From NCBI GenBank assembly GCA_001775055.1, contig MFBU01000014.1:59833-118534 (forward strand): a DNA stretch of 58,702 bases, written 5' to 3'. How positions within the stretch are numbered: the first letter of the stretch is position 1; every line of letters begins with the position of its first letter. The notes under the pieces were generated by a model. That model worked only from the letters and a program-made list of their open reading frames with translations, had not been told where the DNA came from and did no database searches. Made by a program: the position numbers and the translations under genes. Shown piece by piece: positions 36,552-46,310 of the stretch. Source of the DNA: Candidatus Curtissbacteria bacterium RIFCSPLOWO2_02_41_11. GTDB lineage: Bacteria; Patescibacteriota; Microgenomatia; Curtissbacterales; GWA2-41-24.

Positions 36552-37103
36552 ATGTCTAAAATCGGTAAACAACCAATAATAATTCCACAAGGCGTAAGTG
36601 TTAATATCATGGACTCTGGGGTAAATGTTTCAGGACCCAAAGGAAATCTTTCTTTTAACTTCAGGCCTGAAATAAAAGTGGAAGTTGAGAATGGGAAAGT
36701 TAAGGTAATTAGAAAAACTGAGAACAAATTCTCCAAATCACTTCACGGTTTAACCAGAAGCATAATTGCTAATATGATCAAAGGAGTAGAAGAGGGTCAC
36801 CAAAAAATTTTGGAGATAGTGGGAGTTGGCTATCGCGCCGCTAAAGAAGGCGATAATTTAGTTTTAAATGTTGGTTATTCTCATCCAGTGGTGATTAAGT
36901 CCATAGCCGGAGTTCAAGTTGAAACCAAAGAAAATAAAATTATCATTTCAGGCGCGGACAAAGTTCTGGTTGGCGAAACGGCAGCAAGAATTAGAAGGGT
37001 TAGACCACCGGAACCTTATAAAGGTAAGGGAATTAAATATGTTGATGAAATTATCAGAAGAAAAGCTGGTAAAACTGTTAAGGCTGTTGGTGGTAATCTA
37101 TGA
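36552..37103 (+). CDS. rplF: 50S ribosomal protein L6
   Basis: SKIGKQPI.IP.GV.V.......V.GPKG.L, VGVGYRA, YSHPV, PEPYKGKGI.Y. Confidence 0.97.
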   Translation: MSKIGKQPIIIPQGVSVNIMDSGVNVSGPKGNLSFNFRPEIKVEVENGKVKVIRKTENKFSKSLHGLTRSIIANMIKGVEEGHQKILEIVGVGYRAAKEGDNLVLNVGYSHPVVIKSIAGVQVETKENKIIISGADKVLVGETAARIRRVRPPEPYKGKGIKYVDEIIRRKAGKTVKAVGGNL

Positions 37104-37465
37104 AAAACAAAAGATTGCAAAGGGTCGCAAGGCATCGAAGAGTCAGAAAAAAAATTAGTGGTACATCCAAGTTACCAAGACTTAGTGTATTTCGGTCAAA
37201 TAAACATATATATGCACAATTAATAGATGATCAAAGCGGTACCACGCTTATCTCGTCAGCGGATTTAAATTTGTCGGTACTTCATAAAAAATCAAAAGAA
37301 AGAATGCAAAGATTGAATACAGCTTTTGAGATTGGCAAGATTTTAGCCCAAAAGGCAATTAAAAAGAATATTAAAAAGATTATTTTTGATAGATCTGGTT
37401 ATAACTACCACGGACGAGTCAAGGCATTTGCCGAAGGCGCAAGAGTTGGGGGATTAAATTTTTAA
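37100..37465 (+). CDS. rplR: 50S ribosomal protein L18
   Basis: RHRRVRKKI.GT...PRLSVFRSNKHIYAQLIDD..G.TL, FDR.GY.YHGRVKA.AEGAR..GL.F. Confidence 0.96.
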   Translation: MKNKRLQRVARHRRVRKKISGTSKLPRLSVFRSNKHIYAQLIDDQSGTTLISSADLNLSVLHKKSKERMQRLNTAFEIGKILAQKAIKKNIKKIIFDRSGYNYHGRVKAFAEGARVGGLNF

Positions 37466-37466
37466 A

Positions 37467-37928
37467 ATGGCAACTACCGAAGAAGTATTTATGGGGCAAG
37501 CAAGAGAGTTTGAGGAAAAAGTCATACAGGTAAACCGTGTTTCCAAGAAAACAAAGGGGGGTAACAAAATTGGATTTTCAGTTCTAATTGTTGTGGGAGA
37601 TAAAAAAGGTCGAGTTGGAGTAGGCTTGGGGAAAGCGCGAGATGTAGCTTCAGCTATTAGAAAAGGGGCCAACTATGCCAAAAAGCACTTAATTAATGTT
37701 CCTATCGTAAAAGGAACAATTCCCCATGATGTTTACCTAAAAAGGGGAGCAGCAAAAATTCTTCTCAAACCGGCACCAGAAGGTTCTGGCATTATTGCTG
37801 GCGGTGCAGTTCGAGCAGTTGTTGAGGCAGCAGGGATTAGAAATATTTCAAGTAAAGTTCTTGGCACTAAAAATAAAGCATCTAATGTCTATGCAACACT
37901 TGAGGCATTGCAAGGATTTATAAAATGA
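37467..37928 (+). CDS. rpsE: 30S ribosomal protein S5
   Basis: [12 protein letters not shown]...F..L.VVGD..GRVG.G.GKA..V..AI.K. Confidence 0.96.
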   Translation: MATTEEVFMGQAREFEEKVIQVNRVSKKTKGGNKIGFSVLIVVGDKKGRVGVGLGKARDVASAIRKGANYAKKHLINVPIVKGTIPHDVYLKRGAAKILLKPAPEGSGIIAGGAVRAVVEAAGIRNISSKVLGTKNKASNVYATLEALQGFIK

Positions 37929-38407
37929 GACTTGATACTTTACCAAAAATTACAACAAAAAGCGCAAAAAGAGTTGGCCGAGGTCACGGGTCTGGCAAGG
38001 GTAAAACAAGTGGGCGTGGGACAAAGGGGCAAAAAGCCAGAGGGAAACTTCCAATCACCCATCCGCATTTTGAAGGCGGCAGTCGACCGCTTATTAAAAG
38101 ACTTCCCATAAGACGAGGCAAGGGCAACCCGAAAATTTCCAAGAAGCCGCTTGTCGTTAATATTGAAGCTTTAAACATTTTGCCCAAATCTGTAGCCCAG
38201 ATTAATCTTGAGACTTTAATTAAATTAGGTATCGTTGATGAGGATGATGCCAAAATTTACGGGGTCAAACTTTTGGGTGATGGTCAGGTTGATAGACCAT
38301 TTACTGTTTATCTCCCTATTTCAAAAAATGCAACCTCGAAAATTGAAAAGTCCGGTGGAAAAATTATCCTAGTTAATAAAATCGAAAGAAAGGCCGAAAA
38401 TAAATGA
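37925..38407 (+). CDS. rplO: 50S ribosomal protein L15
   Basis: [29 protein letters not shown] overlap with rpsE leaves no room for an L30 gene. Confidence 0.96.
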   Translation: MRLDTLPKITTKSAKRVGRGHGSGKGKTSGRGTKGQKARGKLPITHPHFEGGSRPLIKRLPIRRGKGNPKISKKPLVVNIEALNILPKSVAQINLETLIKLGIVDEDDAKIYGVKLLGDGQVDRPFTVYLPISKNATSKIEKSGGKIILVNKIERKAENK

Positions 38408-39696
38408 ACTATTTTAGAACAATTTTAAAAATATTTGAAATCAGAGATTTAAGAAAACGGATCCTATTCACGTTTTTTATTTTTCTGATTTTTCGAATTT
38501 TTGCTCACATTCCGGTACCAGGCGTTGATATTGCCTCTTTGAAAAGACTTTTTGCCGAAAGTCAGTTGCTTTCACTTTTGGATATTTTTTCCGGCGGAAC
38601 TTTGGCAAATTTTTCTGTAATGTCTCTTGGTTTAAATCCCTATATCAACGCAAGTATTATTATGCAACTCTTGCAAATGGTATTTCCGAAACTGGAGGAA
38701 CTAGCCAAAGAAGGAGAAGCGGGGCGGCAAAAAATTAATCAGTATACTCGTTATTTGACTGTACCTTTAACCACTATTCAAGCTTTTGGAATGTATGTTT
38801 TGCTAAAGAATTCCCAAATAATTTCTCAAGTTAATCCTTTAACTCTTTTGTCTCTTGTTGCCACAATTACCGCTGGAACTATTTTTTTGATGTGGTTAGG
38901 AGAATTAATTTCGGAAAATGGTATTGGCAATGGGATTTCTATGGTGATTTTTGCAGGTATTGTCGGAAGGTTACCGATTGGTTTTGCACAAACAGTATCG
39001 GTTTTTGATCCAACACAGGTCAAAAATATCTTAATCTTTGTGATTATGGCTCTAGTTGTGATTGTTTCTATTGTTGTTGTGACCGAAGCTAGACGTCCTA
39101 TTCAAGTTAATTATTCAAGAAGAACCAGTGGACAAGCAGCGGTTGCTAGTTATATTCCATTTAGGGTTAATCAGGCGGGGGTAATTCCCATTATTTTTGC
39201 TATTTCCCTAATTTTACTGCCGACTACTTTTGCCAGATTTTTTGAAAGATCGCCTAATATACTTATTGCCAATTTAGCACAGGATATACAAAGATTTTTT
39301 TCTCCCCAGGGTGTTTTTTATAATGCAACTTACTTTTTATTGGTTGTTGCTTTTACATATTTTTATACGACGGTTGCCTTTAATACCAAACAAATTTCTG
39401 AAATGCTGATGAAACAAGGCGGTTTCTTGCCGGGAATCCGGCCAGGAAGTCCTACTAAGGCCTTTTTAGATTTCGTTTCTATGCGCGTTACATTTTTTGG
39501 AGCAATATTTTTGGGACTGATTGCTGTACTGCCATCAATCGGTCAGGCTTTTACCGGTATTACAACGCTTTTAATTGGCGGAACCGGGATTCTAATAGTT
39601 GTGGCTGTAGTTCTTGAGACATCCAAACAAGTTGAATCACATTTAGTAATGAGAGATTATGATGCTTTTTTAAGAAAGGGGGCATCAAAAGTTTAG
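38404..39696 (+). CDS. secY: preprotein translocase subunit SecY
   Basis: 430 aa, multi-[53 protein letters not shown]. Confidence 0.97.
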   Translation: MNYFRTILKIFEIRDLRKRILFTFFIFLIFRIFAHIPVPGVDIASLKRLFAESQLLSLLDIFSGGTLANFSVMSLGLNPYINASIIMQLLQMVFPKLEELAKEGEAGRQKINQYTRYLTVPLTTIQAFGMYVLLKNSQIISQVNPLTLLSLVATITAGTIFLMWLGELISENGIGNGISMVIFAGIVGRLPIGFAQTVSVFDPTQVKNILIFVIMALVVIVSIVVVTEARRPIQVNYSRRTSGQAAVASYIPFRVNQAGVIPIIFAISLILLPTTFARFFERSPNILIANLAQDIQRFFSPQGVFYNATYFLLVVAFTYFYTTVAFNTKQISEMLMKQGGFLPGIRPGSPTKAFLDFVSMRVTFFGAIFLGLIAVLPSIGQAFTGITTLLIGGTGILIVVAVVLETSKQVESHLVMRDYDAFLRKGASKV

Positions 39697-39711
39697 CTTT
39701 GGTATTTTTTT

Positions 39712-40263
39712 GTGAAAATAATTTTTTTGGGAAGCCAAGGCTCTGGAAAATCGACTCAGGCGCAACTTGTTGCCAAAAAGCTCAATTTGCCCTGCATTGA
39801 AATGGGTCGGCTTTTTAGAGATAGGGCCAAAGATAAAGATCCGAAAGTACAGGAAATAAAGAGGGCACTTGAGGGCGGTGAGTTAGTGCCAGATGAAATT
39901 GCCGTAAAAAGCTTGAGGGAGAGACTTTTAAAACCCGACTGTGCCAATGGTTATGTATTAGATGGTTATCCCAGAAATTATGCCCAACTTGAAGGTCTTC
40001 AATCCGATATCGATAAAGTCTTCTATATTAAGGTTTCCGATCAAGAAGGTATCAGGCGATTGATTGCAAGAGCCAGGCATGATGACAATCTCTCTATTAT
40101 TACTAGAAGATTACAGATCTATCATCAACAGACCGAACCACTTCTTGTCTATTTTAGGCAAAAAGGGATTCTTGTAGAAATTGATGGAAACCAGAGCATC
40201 GAGGAAGTAGCAGATGATGTTCAAAAGCGTTTAGAAAATGAATTTGACAAAAGACCATCCTAA
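39712..40263 (+). CDS. adk: adenylate kinase (short form)
   Basis: IIFLGSQGSGKSTQA (P-loop), GELVPDEI, YVLDGYPRN. GTG start. Confidence 0.93.
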   Translation: MKIIFLGSQGSGKSTQAQLVAKKLNLPCIEMGRLFRDRAKDKDPKVQEIKRALEGGELVPDEIAVKSLRERLLKPDCANGYVLDGYPRNYAQLEGLQSDIDKVFYIKVSDQEGIRRLIARARHDDNLSIITRRLQIYHQQTEPLLVYFRQKGILVEIDGNQSIEEVADDVQKRLENEFDKRPS

Positions 40264-41008
40264 GTTTGTAAAAAGTGATCAGGAAATAGAGCTTATGAAA
40301 ATATCGGGAAAAATTTGCGCGCAAGTCCTCAAAAAAGTTTTGGAAAATGTCAAGGTCGGTGTTACTTGTTTTACGCTTGATAAAATTGCCAAGCAAGAAA
40401 TTGAAAAGAGAGGAGCATCTTCTTCTTTTATGACGGTCGATGATTACAAATGGACCATTTGTACTACAGTTAACCAGCAGGTTGTTCATGGTATTCCGAA
40501 TAAACAGTCCCTTAAAAATGGCGATATTTTAGGAATTGATATTGGGGCGCTTTACCACGGTTTTCATAGCGACATGGCCATAACCATACCAATTGGTAAG
40601 GTTTCGACAGTTGTAGATAAATTTTTAGCAGAAGGCAAGAAGACTTTAGAAAAAGCCATAAGCTGTGCCAAAATCGGCAATCGGATTGGTGATATCTCGG
40701 CAACTATCCAGCAAGGTGTAGAGAGCGCCGGTTACTCAATTGTTAAAAGCCTGACTGGTCATGGAATCGGTCACGAGCTTCATGAGGAGCCGATGGTGCC
40801 AGGATTTGGCAAAGTGGGAACTGGACCAAAAATTCGGCAAAACATGGTATTGGCAATTGAAGTGATCTATACTCAAGGCTTGGGAGAAGTTAAGTTAGAA
40901 AAGGACAATTGGACAATATCAAGCGTTGATGGTTCATTGGCAGGGTTATTTGAACAGACTGTCTTAATAAACGGAAATGGCCCCATAGTATTGACGCCAT
41001 ACTTATGA
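40238..41008 (+). CDS. map: methionine aminopeptidase type I
   Basis: VKSDQEIELMK.SGKI, HGIP, GDILGIDIG, HSD, GHGIGHELHE.P, LAIEV. Confidence 0.95.
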   Translation: MNLTKDHPKFVKSDQEIELMKISGKICAQVLKKVLENVKVGVTCFTLDKIAKQEIEKRGASSSFMTVDDYKWTICTTVNQQVVHGIPNKQSLKNGDILGIDIGALYHGFHSDMAITIPIGKVSTVVDKFLAEGKKTLEKAISCAKIGNRIGDISATIQQGVESAGYSIVKSLTGHGIGHELHEEPMVPGFGKVGTGPKIRQNMVLAIEVIYTQGLGEVKLEKDNWTISSVDGSLAGLFEQTVLINGNGPIVLTPYL

Positions 41009-41048
41009 TTAGGTACAATATAGTTTTAAGAAAAACATCTCTAGAATT

Positions 41049-41137
41049 AAATTTGAATCGAGCTTCGCTTGTTCAAATTTGTCAATTAAAGGAAAGGGGA
41101 ATATAAAGGGGAAAACCGTTAGGTTGTCCCCTTAAAG
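41049..41137 (+). repeat. two-hairpin intergenic element E, copy 2 (upstream of infA)
   Basis: taaatttgaatcgagcttcgcttgttcaaatttgtcaattaaaggaaaggggaatataaaggggaaaaccgttaggttgtccccttaaag. Ends 1 nt before the infA ATG. Confidence 0.8.
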
Positions 41138-41138
41138 T

Positions 41139-41378
41139 ATGAAACCCGGCGTAATTGAAGTCGAAGGAGAAGTAACCGAGGCGTTACCAAATACTATGTT
41201 TAGGGTTAAGGTAGCCTCTGGTCAACTACCGAATGTTAATGAAGATAAGATTGTTTTATGTCACCTATCCGGCAGAATGAGAATACATTACGTGCGAATA
41301 TTACCCGGTGATAAGGTAAAGTTGGAAATGACGCCATATGATTTAACTAAAGGAAGGATAACTTTTAGGTATCGGTAA
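41139..41378 (+). CDS. infA: translation initiation factor IF-1
   Basis: [18 protein letters not shown]......[10 protein letters not shown]...VRILPGD.V..EMTPYDL.KGRI.FRY. Confidence 0.96.
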   Translation: MKPGVIEVEGEVTEALPNTMFRVKVASGQLPNVNEDKIVLCHLSGRMRIHYVRILPGDKVKLEMTPYDLTKGRITFRYR

Positions 41379-41389
41379 TAATAACCAAT

Positions 41390-41503
41390 ATGAAAGTTCA
41401 AGCTTCAGTTAAAAAAAGATGCATTAATTGCAAAATTGTTAAAAGAAAAGGCAGATTGTATGTGATCTGTCCTAATCCGCGTCACAAACAGCGACAGGGA
41501 TAA
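41390..41503 (+). CDS. rpmJ: 50S ribosomal protein L36
   Basis: Not in the ORF track (37 aa). Hand translation gives [37 protein letters not shown]. Confidence 0.93.
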   Translation: MKVQASVKKRCINCKIVKRKGRLYVICPNPRHKQRQG

Positions 41504-41504
41504 A

Positions 41505-41933
41505 ATGGCCAGAATTGCAGGAGTGGATTTACCAAACGAAAAAAGAATTGAAGCGGCTCTGCCGTACATTTTCGGTGTTGGGCCAACTTTGGCTAAAAAA
41601 ATTGTTGCTGATTGCAATCTAGACCCTAACATAAGAACCAAAAATTTGAGCGAGGAACAAATTAATAAAATTGCTCGGGCGGTAGAAAAATACAAGGTTG
41701 AAGGAGATTTAAGAAGGGAAATTCAGGGAAATATCAAAAGATTACAAGAAATTGGTAGCTATCGGGGAATTCGACACAGCAAAAACCTGCCGGTAAGGGG
41801 CCAAAGGACAAGAGTTAATGCCAGAACTAAGAGGGGTAAGAGGATTACTATTGGAACAGTCAGAAAAGAGATAGTTGAAAGAACGGGTAAGACTATAGCA
41901 GTAAAGCCCACAAAGGAAGGAACGGCTTCTTAA
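41505..41933 (+). CDS. rpsM: 30S ribosomal protein S13
   Basis: [12 protein letters not shown]...AL.YI.G.G, YRG.RH...[12 protein letters not shown]. Confidence 0.97.
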   Translation: MARIAGVDLPNEKRIEAALPYIFGVGPTLAKKIVADCNLDPNIRTKNLSEEQINKIARAVEKYKVEGDLRREIQGNIKRLQEIGSYRGIRHSKNLPVRGQRTRVNARTKRGKRITIGTVRKEIVERTGKTIAVKPTKEGTAS

Positions 41934-41949
41934 ATAAGCCGTAATCATC

Positions 41950-42363
41950 ATGACACAGAAAATTAAAAAAACAAAAAATCAAGCTATAACCTTGAAAAAA
42001 AAAGCCGTAGATAAAAATATCACCTATGCTAGGGCATATGTAACTGCAACTTTTAATAATACTCTGATTACAATCACCGATACCAATGGTTCAACCGTCG
42101 TTTGGGGTTCAGCAGGCGCATCCGGTTTTAAAGGTGCCAGAAAATCAACTCCTTATGCAGCCACCACTGCCGTTGAAGAAGTTGCCAGAAAGGCTAAAGA
42201 AAAAGGCATTAGCAGCATCGAAGTCTATGTTAAGGGACCTGGTCCGGGAAGAGATGGCGCCATTAGGGCTTTTAAGGCAGCTGGACTTAATATAACGATG
42301 ATTGTTGATGTAACCCCAATTCCGCACAATGGTCCAAGAGCATCAAAAAGGAGGCGTGTCTGA
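41950..42363 (+). CDS. rpsK: 30S ribosomal protein S11
   Basis: A.V.ATFNNT.ITITD..G..V.W.SAG..GFKG.RKSTP.AA, V.GPGPGR..AIRA....[17 protein letters not shown]. Confidence 0.97.
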   Translation: MTQKIKKTKNQAITLKKKAVDKNITYARAYVTATFNNTLITITDTNGSTVVWGSAGASGFKGARKSTPYAATTAVEEVARKAKEKGISSIEVYVKGPGPGRDGAIRAFKAAGLNITMIVDVTPIPHNGPRASKRRRV

Positions 42364-42971
42364 TGGCCAGATATACAGGTGCAAAACATAAACTTTGTAG
42401 GAGAGAAGGGATTGCCCTTTGTGGTTTACCTAAGTGTCCGGTTCTAAGAAAAAATGCCCCGCCACCTGGTCAACATGGTCAAAAAGGGCGCAGAAAACTG
42501 TCGGAATATGGAGTGCAATTAAGAGAGAAACAAAAAGTAAAAAGAATGTATGGACTTTTAGAAAGGCAATTTAAGAAATATTATCAATTGGCATCTGCCC
42601 AACGAAGTTCAACAGGAGAAGCACTTCTTGCACTTTTGGAAAGACGTCTTGATAATGTTGTCTACAGACTTAATCTAGCCAGAAGTCGCGCTCAGGCCAG
42701 GCAATTAGTTTCTCATGGGCACGTTTTTGTTAACGAGAAAAAAATAACTATTCCTTCATATAATGTTAAAATTGGCGATGTTATTTCACTTTCCGCCGAG
42801 ACCGCGAATTTAGACTTTATCAAAAAGCTGACAGAAGAAACTAAGGAGACAAAACTGCCTTCATGGCTTAAGAAGAAAGCGACAGTCGGTAAAATTGAAT
42901 CTTTGCCCAAGCGAGAAGAATTTGATGTCGACATTAATGAAAGATTAATTGTTGAGTATTACTCAAGGTAG
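42363..42971 (+). CDS. rpsD: 30S ribosomal protein S4
   Basis: MARYTG.K.KL.RREG, S.YG.QLREKQK.KR.YG..E.QF..Y, RLDNVVYRL..A.SR.QARQLV.HGH..VN. Confidence 0.97.
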   Translation: MARYTGAKHKLCRREGIALCGLPKCPVLRKNAPPPGQHGQKGRRKLSEYGVQLREKQKVKRMYGLLERQFKKYYQLASAQRSSTGEALLALLERRLDNVVYRLNLARSRAQARQLVSHGHVFVNEKKITIPSYNVKIGDVISLSAETANLDFIKKLTEETKETKLPSWLKKKATVGKIESLPKREEFDVDINERLIVEYYSR

Positions 42972-43028
42972 CTAGAAATGCCCAAGGGCTAAACGACTAA
43001 TGACTAATGCAATAAGGAATATAAAATC

Positions 43029-43114
43029 CAAAATTAGATCTCGCTTAGCCAGTCTAATTTTGTCCATTAAAGGAAGAGGAATACTAAGGGGAAACCTTTG
43101 GTGTCCCCTTAGAG
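43029..43114 (+). repeat. two-hairpin intergenic element E, copy 3 (upstream of rpoA)
   Basis: caaaattagatctcgcttagccagtctaattttgtccattaaaggaagaggaatactaaggggaaacctttggtgtccccttagag. Confidence 0.8.
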
Positions 43115-43134
43115 TCTAAAAGGAGGTGAAATAA

Positions 43135-44055
43135 ATGCTTGATTTATCACTTATTGAAGTTAAAACAGAGAAAGAGACACAAGATTTTGGCAAATTTATT
43201 ATAGAACCACTGGATCAAGGTTATGGCCATACCATCGGTAATTCTTTAAGAAGAGTTCTTTTGACCTCTCTATCTGGTGCGGCTATCACCCAACTTAAAA
43301 TTTCAGGTGTTCGTCATCAGTTTACATCTCTGTCTGGCATGACCGAGGACATTGTCGAATTTATCCTCAATCTTAAAAAAGTAAGATTGATAGTCTCATC
43401 TGACAAACCGGTTAAATTAACTCTCGATGTCAAAGGGCTCAAAGAAGTTAAGGCAAAAGATATAGAGAAAGCTGCTGGTGTTGAAATTATTAATGCGGAT
43501 TTGATACTGGCTCATCTTGCTGATTCAAAATCAAAATTAACAGCACATTTAATAGCTGAAAATGGAACAGGTTATTCTTTGGCCGAAGAAAGAAGGAGCG
43601 GTGAAATTGGCGTTATCCCCATTGATGCAAATTTTTCACCTGTTGTCAGTGTTAATTATAAAGTAGAGGCTACTCGTGTCGGCAGGTTGACAAATTATGA
43701 CAAATTAACACTTGAAGTAACAACTGATGGAACTATCAAACCATCTCAAGCCGTAAAACAAGCGGCGAAAATATTGGTTGATCACTTTTCGATAATTCAC
43801 CAACCACCAGTTGCAGGTAAACGCCAGAAAGTAGCTGAAAAAACACCAATCTCTGATGATCTCTTGAAGACTTCACTTGAAGAATTAGATTTGCCGGTAA
43901 GACTAACCAACAGTTTGAAGTCTGGAAAAGTTGAAACAATTGGAGATTTTCTAGCCAAGGACAGAAAAGATCTACTTAAAATGAAGAATATGGGACCAAA
44001 ATCAATTAATTTAGTTGAAGAAAAATTAAAAGAGAAAGGAATAAGTGTAAAGTGA
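43135..44055 (+). CDS. rpoA: DNA-directed RNA polymerase subunit alpha
   Basis: G.F.IEPL..GYGHT.GNSLRRVLL.SL.GAA, C-terminal LEELDLPVRLTNSLK....ETIGD. Confidence 0.97.
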   Translation: MLDLSLIEVKTEKETQDFGKFIIEPLDQGYGHTIGNSLRRVLLTSLSGAAITQLKISGVRHQFTSLSGMTEDIVEFILNLKKVRLIVSSDKPVKLTLDVKGLKEVKAKDIEKAAGVEIINADLILAHLADSKSKLTAHLIAENGTGYSLAEERRSGEIGVIPIDANFSPVVSVNYKVEATRVGRLTNYDKLTLEVTTDGTIKPSQAVKQAAKILVDHFSIIHQPPVAGKRQKVAEKTPISDDLLKTSLEELDLPVRLTNSLKSGKVETIGDFLAKDRKDLLKMKNMGPKSINLVEEKLKEKGISVK

Positions 44056-44519
44056 AACACTTAGTCTTTGGTAGAAAACTTGGCCGTGACACCAATGCAC
44101 GCAAAGCACTTCTTGCCAATTTGGCAAGTTCACTATTTATAAATGGTGCTATTGTTACCACGCTTGTTAAGGCTAAATTTGCTAGGCCTTATGTTGAAAA
44201 GCTAATTACTCAAGCCAAGACTAACAAGCTTACACCTAAAAGGCTTTTAGCTTCGGTTTTAGCGCATCAGGCATTCATAAAATTAACTGGCGAAATTGCT
44301 CTTGGTTTTGCCCAAAAGACAAGTGGTTATACCAGAATTATTAAACTTAGACCAAGAGCCGGCGATGCTGCAGCGATGGCTAGGATTGAACTTCTACCTT
44401 GGGAGAGATCTTCAAAATTAGCCGTTCCTCATCAAGCGCTGACTAAAAAAAGCGCAAAGAGATCAAAAGGTAATCGGCGAAAATCGGCATTAAAATCCGC
44501 GACATCAGGGGAAAAATGA
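44052..44519 (+). CDS. rplQ: 50S ribosomal protein L17
   Basis: KLGRDTNARKALL.NLA.SL......I.TT..KAK..RPYVEKLIT. GTG start overlapping the rpoA stop. Confidence 0.95.
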   Translation: MKHLVFGRKLGRDTNARKALLANLASSLFINGAIVTTLVKAKFARPYVEKLITQAKTNKLTPKRLLASVLAHQAFIKLTGEIALGFAQKTSGYTRIIKLRPRAGDAAAMARIELLPWERSSKLAVPHQALTKKSAKRSKGNRRKSALKSATSGEK

Positions 44520-44926
44520 GAAACATTAAAGCAAAAGATATAAATAGAAAGTGGCATTTGATTGATGCCAAAAATAAGGTGCTGGGCAGGCTAACATCAG
44601 AAATAGCCAAAATTTTGATGGGGAAAAATAAGAGCTACTTTACACCCAATTTGGATACTGGAGATTTCGTAGTTGTCGTTAATGCCAAGGATGTGATGCT
44701 TTCTGGCAAAAAAGAAAATCAAAAAAATTATTATCGCCATTCCGGTTATCCAGGCGGGATGCGTATTTCAACAGCCGCTCAGGTGCGGGTCAAAAAACCA
44801 GAGGATTTAGTCAAACATGCGGTTGTCGGTATGCTTCCCAAAACCAAACTTGGCAAGTTGATGGTTAAAAAGCTTTTTGTTTTTCCAGAGGCAGAACATT
44901 CATATAAAGATAAATTTAAAAGTTAA
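44516..44926 (+). CDS. rplM: 50S ribosomal protein L13
   Basis: W.LIDAK...LGRL.SEIAK.L.GK.K..FTP..D.GD.VVV.NA, Y..HSGYPGG. Confidence 0.96.
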   Translation: MRNIKAKDINRKWHLIDAKNKVLGRLTSEIAKILMGKNKSYFTPNLDTGDFVVVVNAKDVMLSGKKENQKNYYRHSGYPGGMRISTAAQVRVKKPEDLVKHAVVGMLPKTKLGKLMVKKLFVFPEAEHSYKDKFKS

Positions 44927-44951
44927 AATTAAAATGTAAAAATTGCCAGCC

Positions 44952-45401
44952 ATGCCAATAACAGAAAAAGATCAGACACCGGAATCAGTCAAAAAAGACA
45001 AAAAGAGTACCACCGACTATATTGTCGCTCATGGACGAAGAAAGGAAGCTGTCGCCAGGGTAAAATTATTCAGAGGGAAGGGTCAGATTGTCGTTAATGG
45101 TAAACCAATAGACCAATATTTTCCATCAGAGGTAGCTAAAATTAAGTGGCAGAGACCCTTTAATTTAACAAAATTGGATAATCAATACTCCGCGACTGTT
45201 AAAGTTGAAGGTTCCGGTAAAAGCTCGCAGCTTGATGCGGTTGTCCACGGTCTATCTCGTGCTCTTGTTCTTACTAATGCGGATTTTCGGGGAGTTTTAA
45301 AAAAAGCTGGCCTTTTAACTCGTGATCCACGCGTTAAAGAACGCCGTAAATACGGCCTGGCTCAAAAAGCCAGAAAAGGCAAGCAAAGTCCAAAGAGATA
45401 A
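44952..45401 (+). CDS. rpsI: 30S ribosomal protein S9
   Basis: GRRKEAVARV.L..G.G.I.VNG, GGG.S.Q..A..HG..RAL, LT.D.R.KERRKYG...ARK..Q..KR. ATG 44952 is preferred to TTG 44943. Confidence 0.95.
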   Translation: MPITEKDQTPESVKKDKKSTTDYIVAHGRRKEAVARVKLFRGKGQIVVNGKPIDQYFPSEVAKIKWQRPFNLTKLDNQYSATVKVEGSGKSSQLDAVVHGLSRALVLTNADFRGVLKKAGLLTRDPRVKERRKYGLAQKARKGKQSPKR

Positions 45402-45512
45402 AATCTAAAATTCTTCTTTGGAATTAATATTTTTAACGAGAAATTAGTCTAGCCTCTTGACCTCAACAACATCTTCAAGAGGTATTGACGCACCTGAATG
45501 TGCCTGACGCAC

Positions 45513-45695
45513 TTAATCTGCAGACTCGGCTTCTGTTTGGCAATAAGCAAAGCCTTTTTCAAGACTGACCACTGCCGAAAGTGGCCGAAGTCCAGCCGCA
45601 GTAGCATTCGTCTTATAATCCTCCCAGCCCTTGACCATATCAGCCTCTTGCATTCCCTCCGGTAATTTGTGAACTCCTAAAAACACTGCCATCAA
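45513..45695 (-). CDS. small DUF4242-like protein
   Basis: MAVFLGVHKLPEGM...KGFAYCQTEAES resembles the short SCO4226/DUF4242 fold family, judged from memory of the motif pattern. 60 aa. Confidence 0.4.
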   Translation of the reverse strand: MMAVFLGVHKLPEGMQEADMVKGWEDYKTNATAAGLRPLSAVVSLEKGFAYCQTEAESAD

Positions 45696-45950
45696 ATATC
45701 ACCTCCTTTTTAAATAAACATAAAAATGTCGGCCTTGTTAGACGAAATTAGGAACCTTTGGCATACTATCAATTCTTGGGAGTTTAGTCCAGCAAATGTT
45801 GGAAGATTTCTCAATTCATATCCTGCATTTGCAATTTCTGGCAGCTCTTTTTAATGATTTCCGAACCGCAAACTGGGTTACAATTATCAAATATCCTGAG
45901 TTAGCTTATCAGAAGTCAATGGAATTTCTAAGCAATTAGTTGAACCCCCC

Positions 45951-46184
45951 TTATTTTATCGATACGTAAACTAGAGCTAAGGTTGATAGAACTAGGCCAA
46001 TAGTAGCTACAGCTAACGTCCACGTTGCCACAGTAAGTTTATTCGTTTGTTTTGCAATAGCTTCTTGCAGTTTCACTTCTATAATTGCTTTAGCGATATC
46101 AAATTGTCTAGAAGTACTACCTTCCGTAGCACTCAAATCCTCAACTAATTTTTCAATGCTATCTGTATATCTCGGTGCTGGCAT
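45951..46184 (-). CDS. hypothetical tail-anchored membrane protein
   Basis: C-terminal TM WTLAVATIGLVLSTLALVYV. The internal Met (MPAPRYTD) is preferred as the start. Confidence 0.4.
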   Translation of the reverse strand: MPAPRYTDSIEKLVEDLSATEGSTSRQFDIAKAIIEVKLQEAIAKQTNKLTVATWTLAVATIGLVLSTLALVYVSIK

Positions 46185-46310
46185 TTTTATATCAACATAC
46201 AAGTAGAATCTACACCACTTAGAGGCTAAAAGTAAAATTACGCCCATAACCTACTTAGAACATGGGCACAATGCAACATTTGAGTTCAAAATTATTAAAA
46301 AGCGTACGAG

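Noticed and set aside
37925-37928. Missing L30 as an assembly gap
   Set aside because: rpsE and rplO overlap by 4 nt with no discontinuity. The absence is real at this locus.
45456-45485. Hairpin cctcttga-N13-tcaagagg after rpsI as a terminator
   Set aside because: It has a perfect 8-bp stem but no downstream T-run. That is not enough for a confident intrinsic-terminator call.
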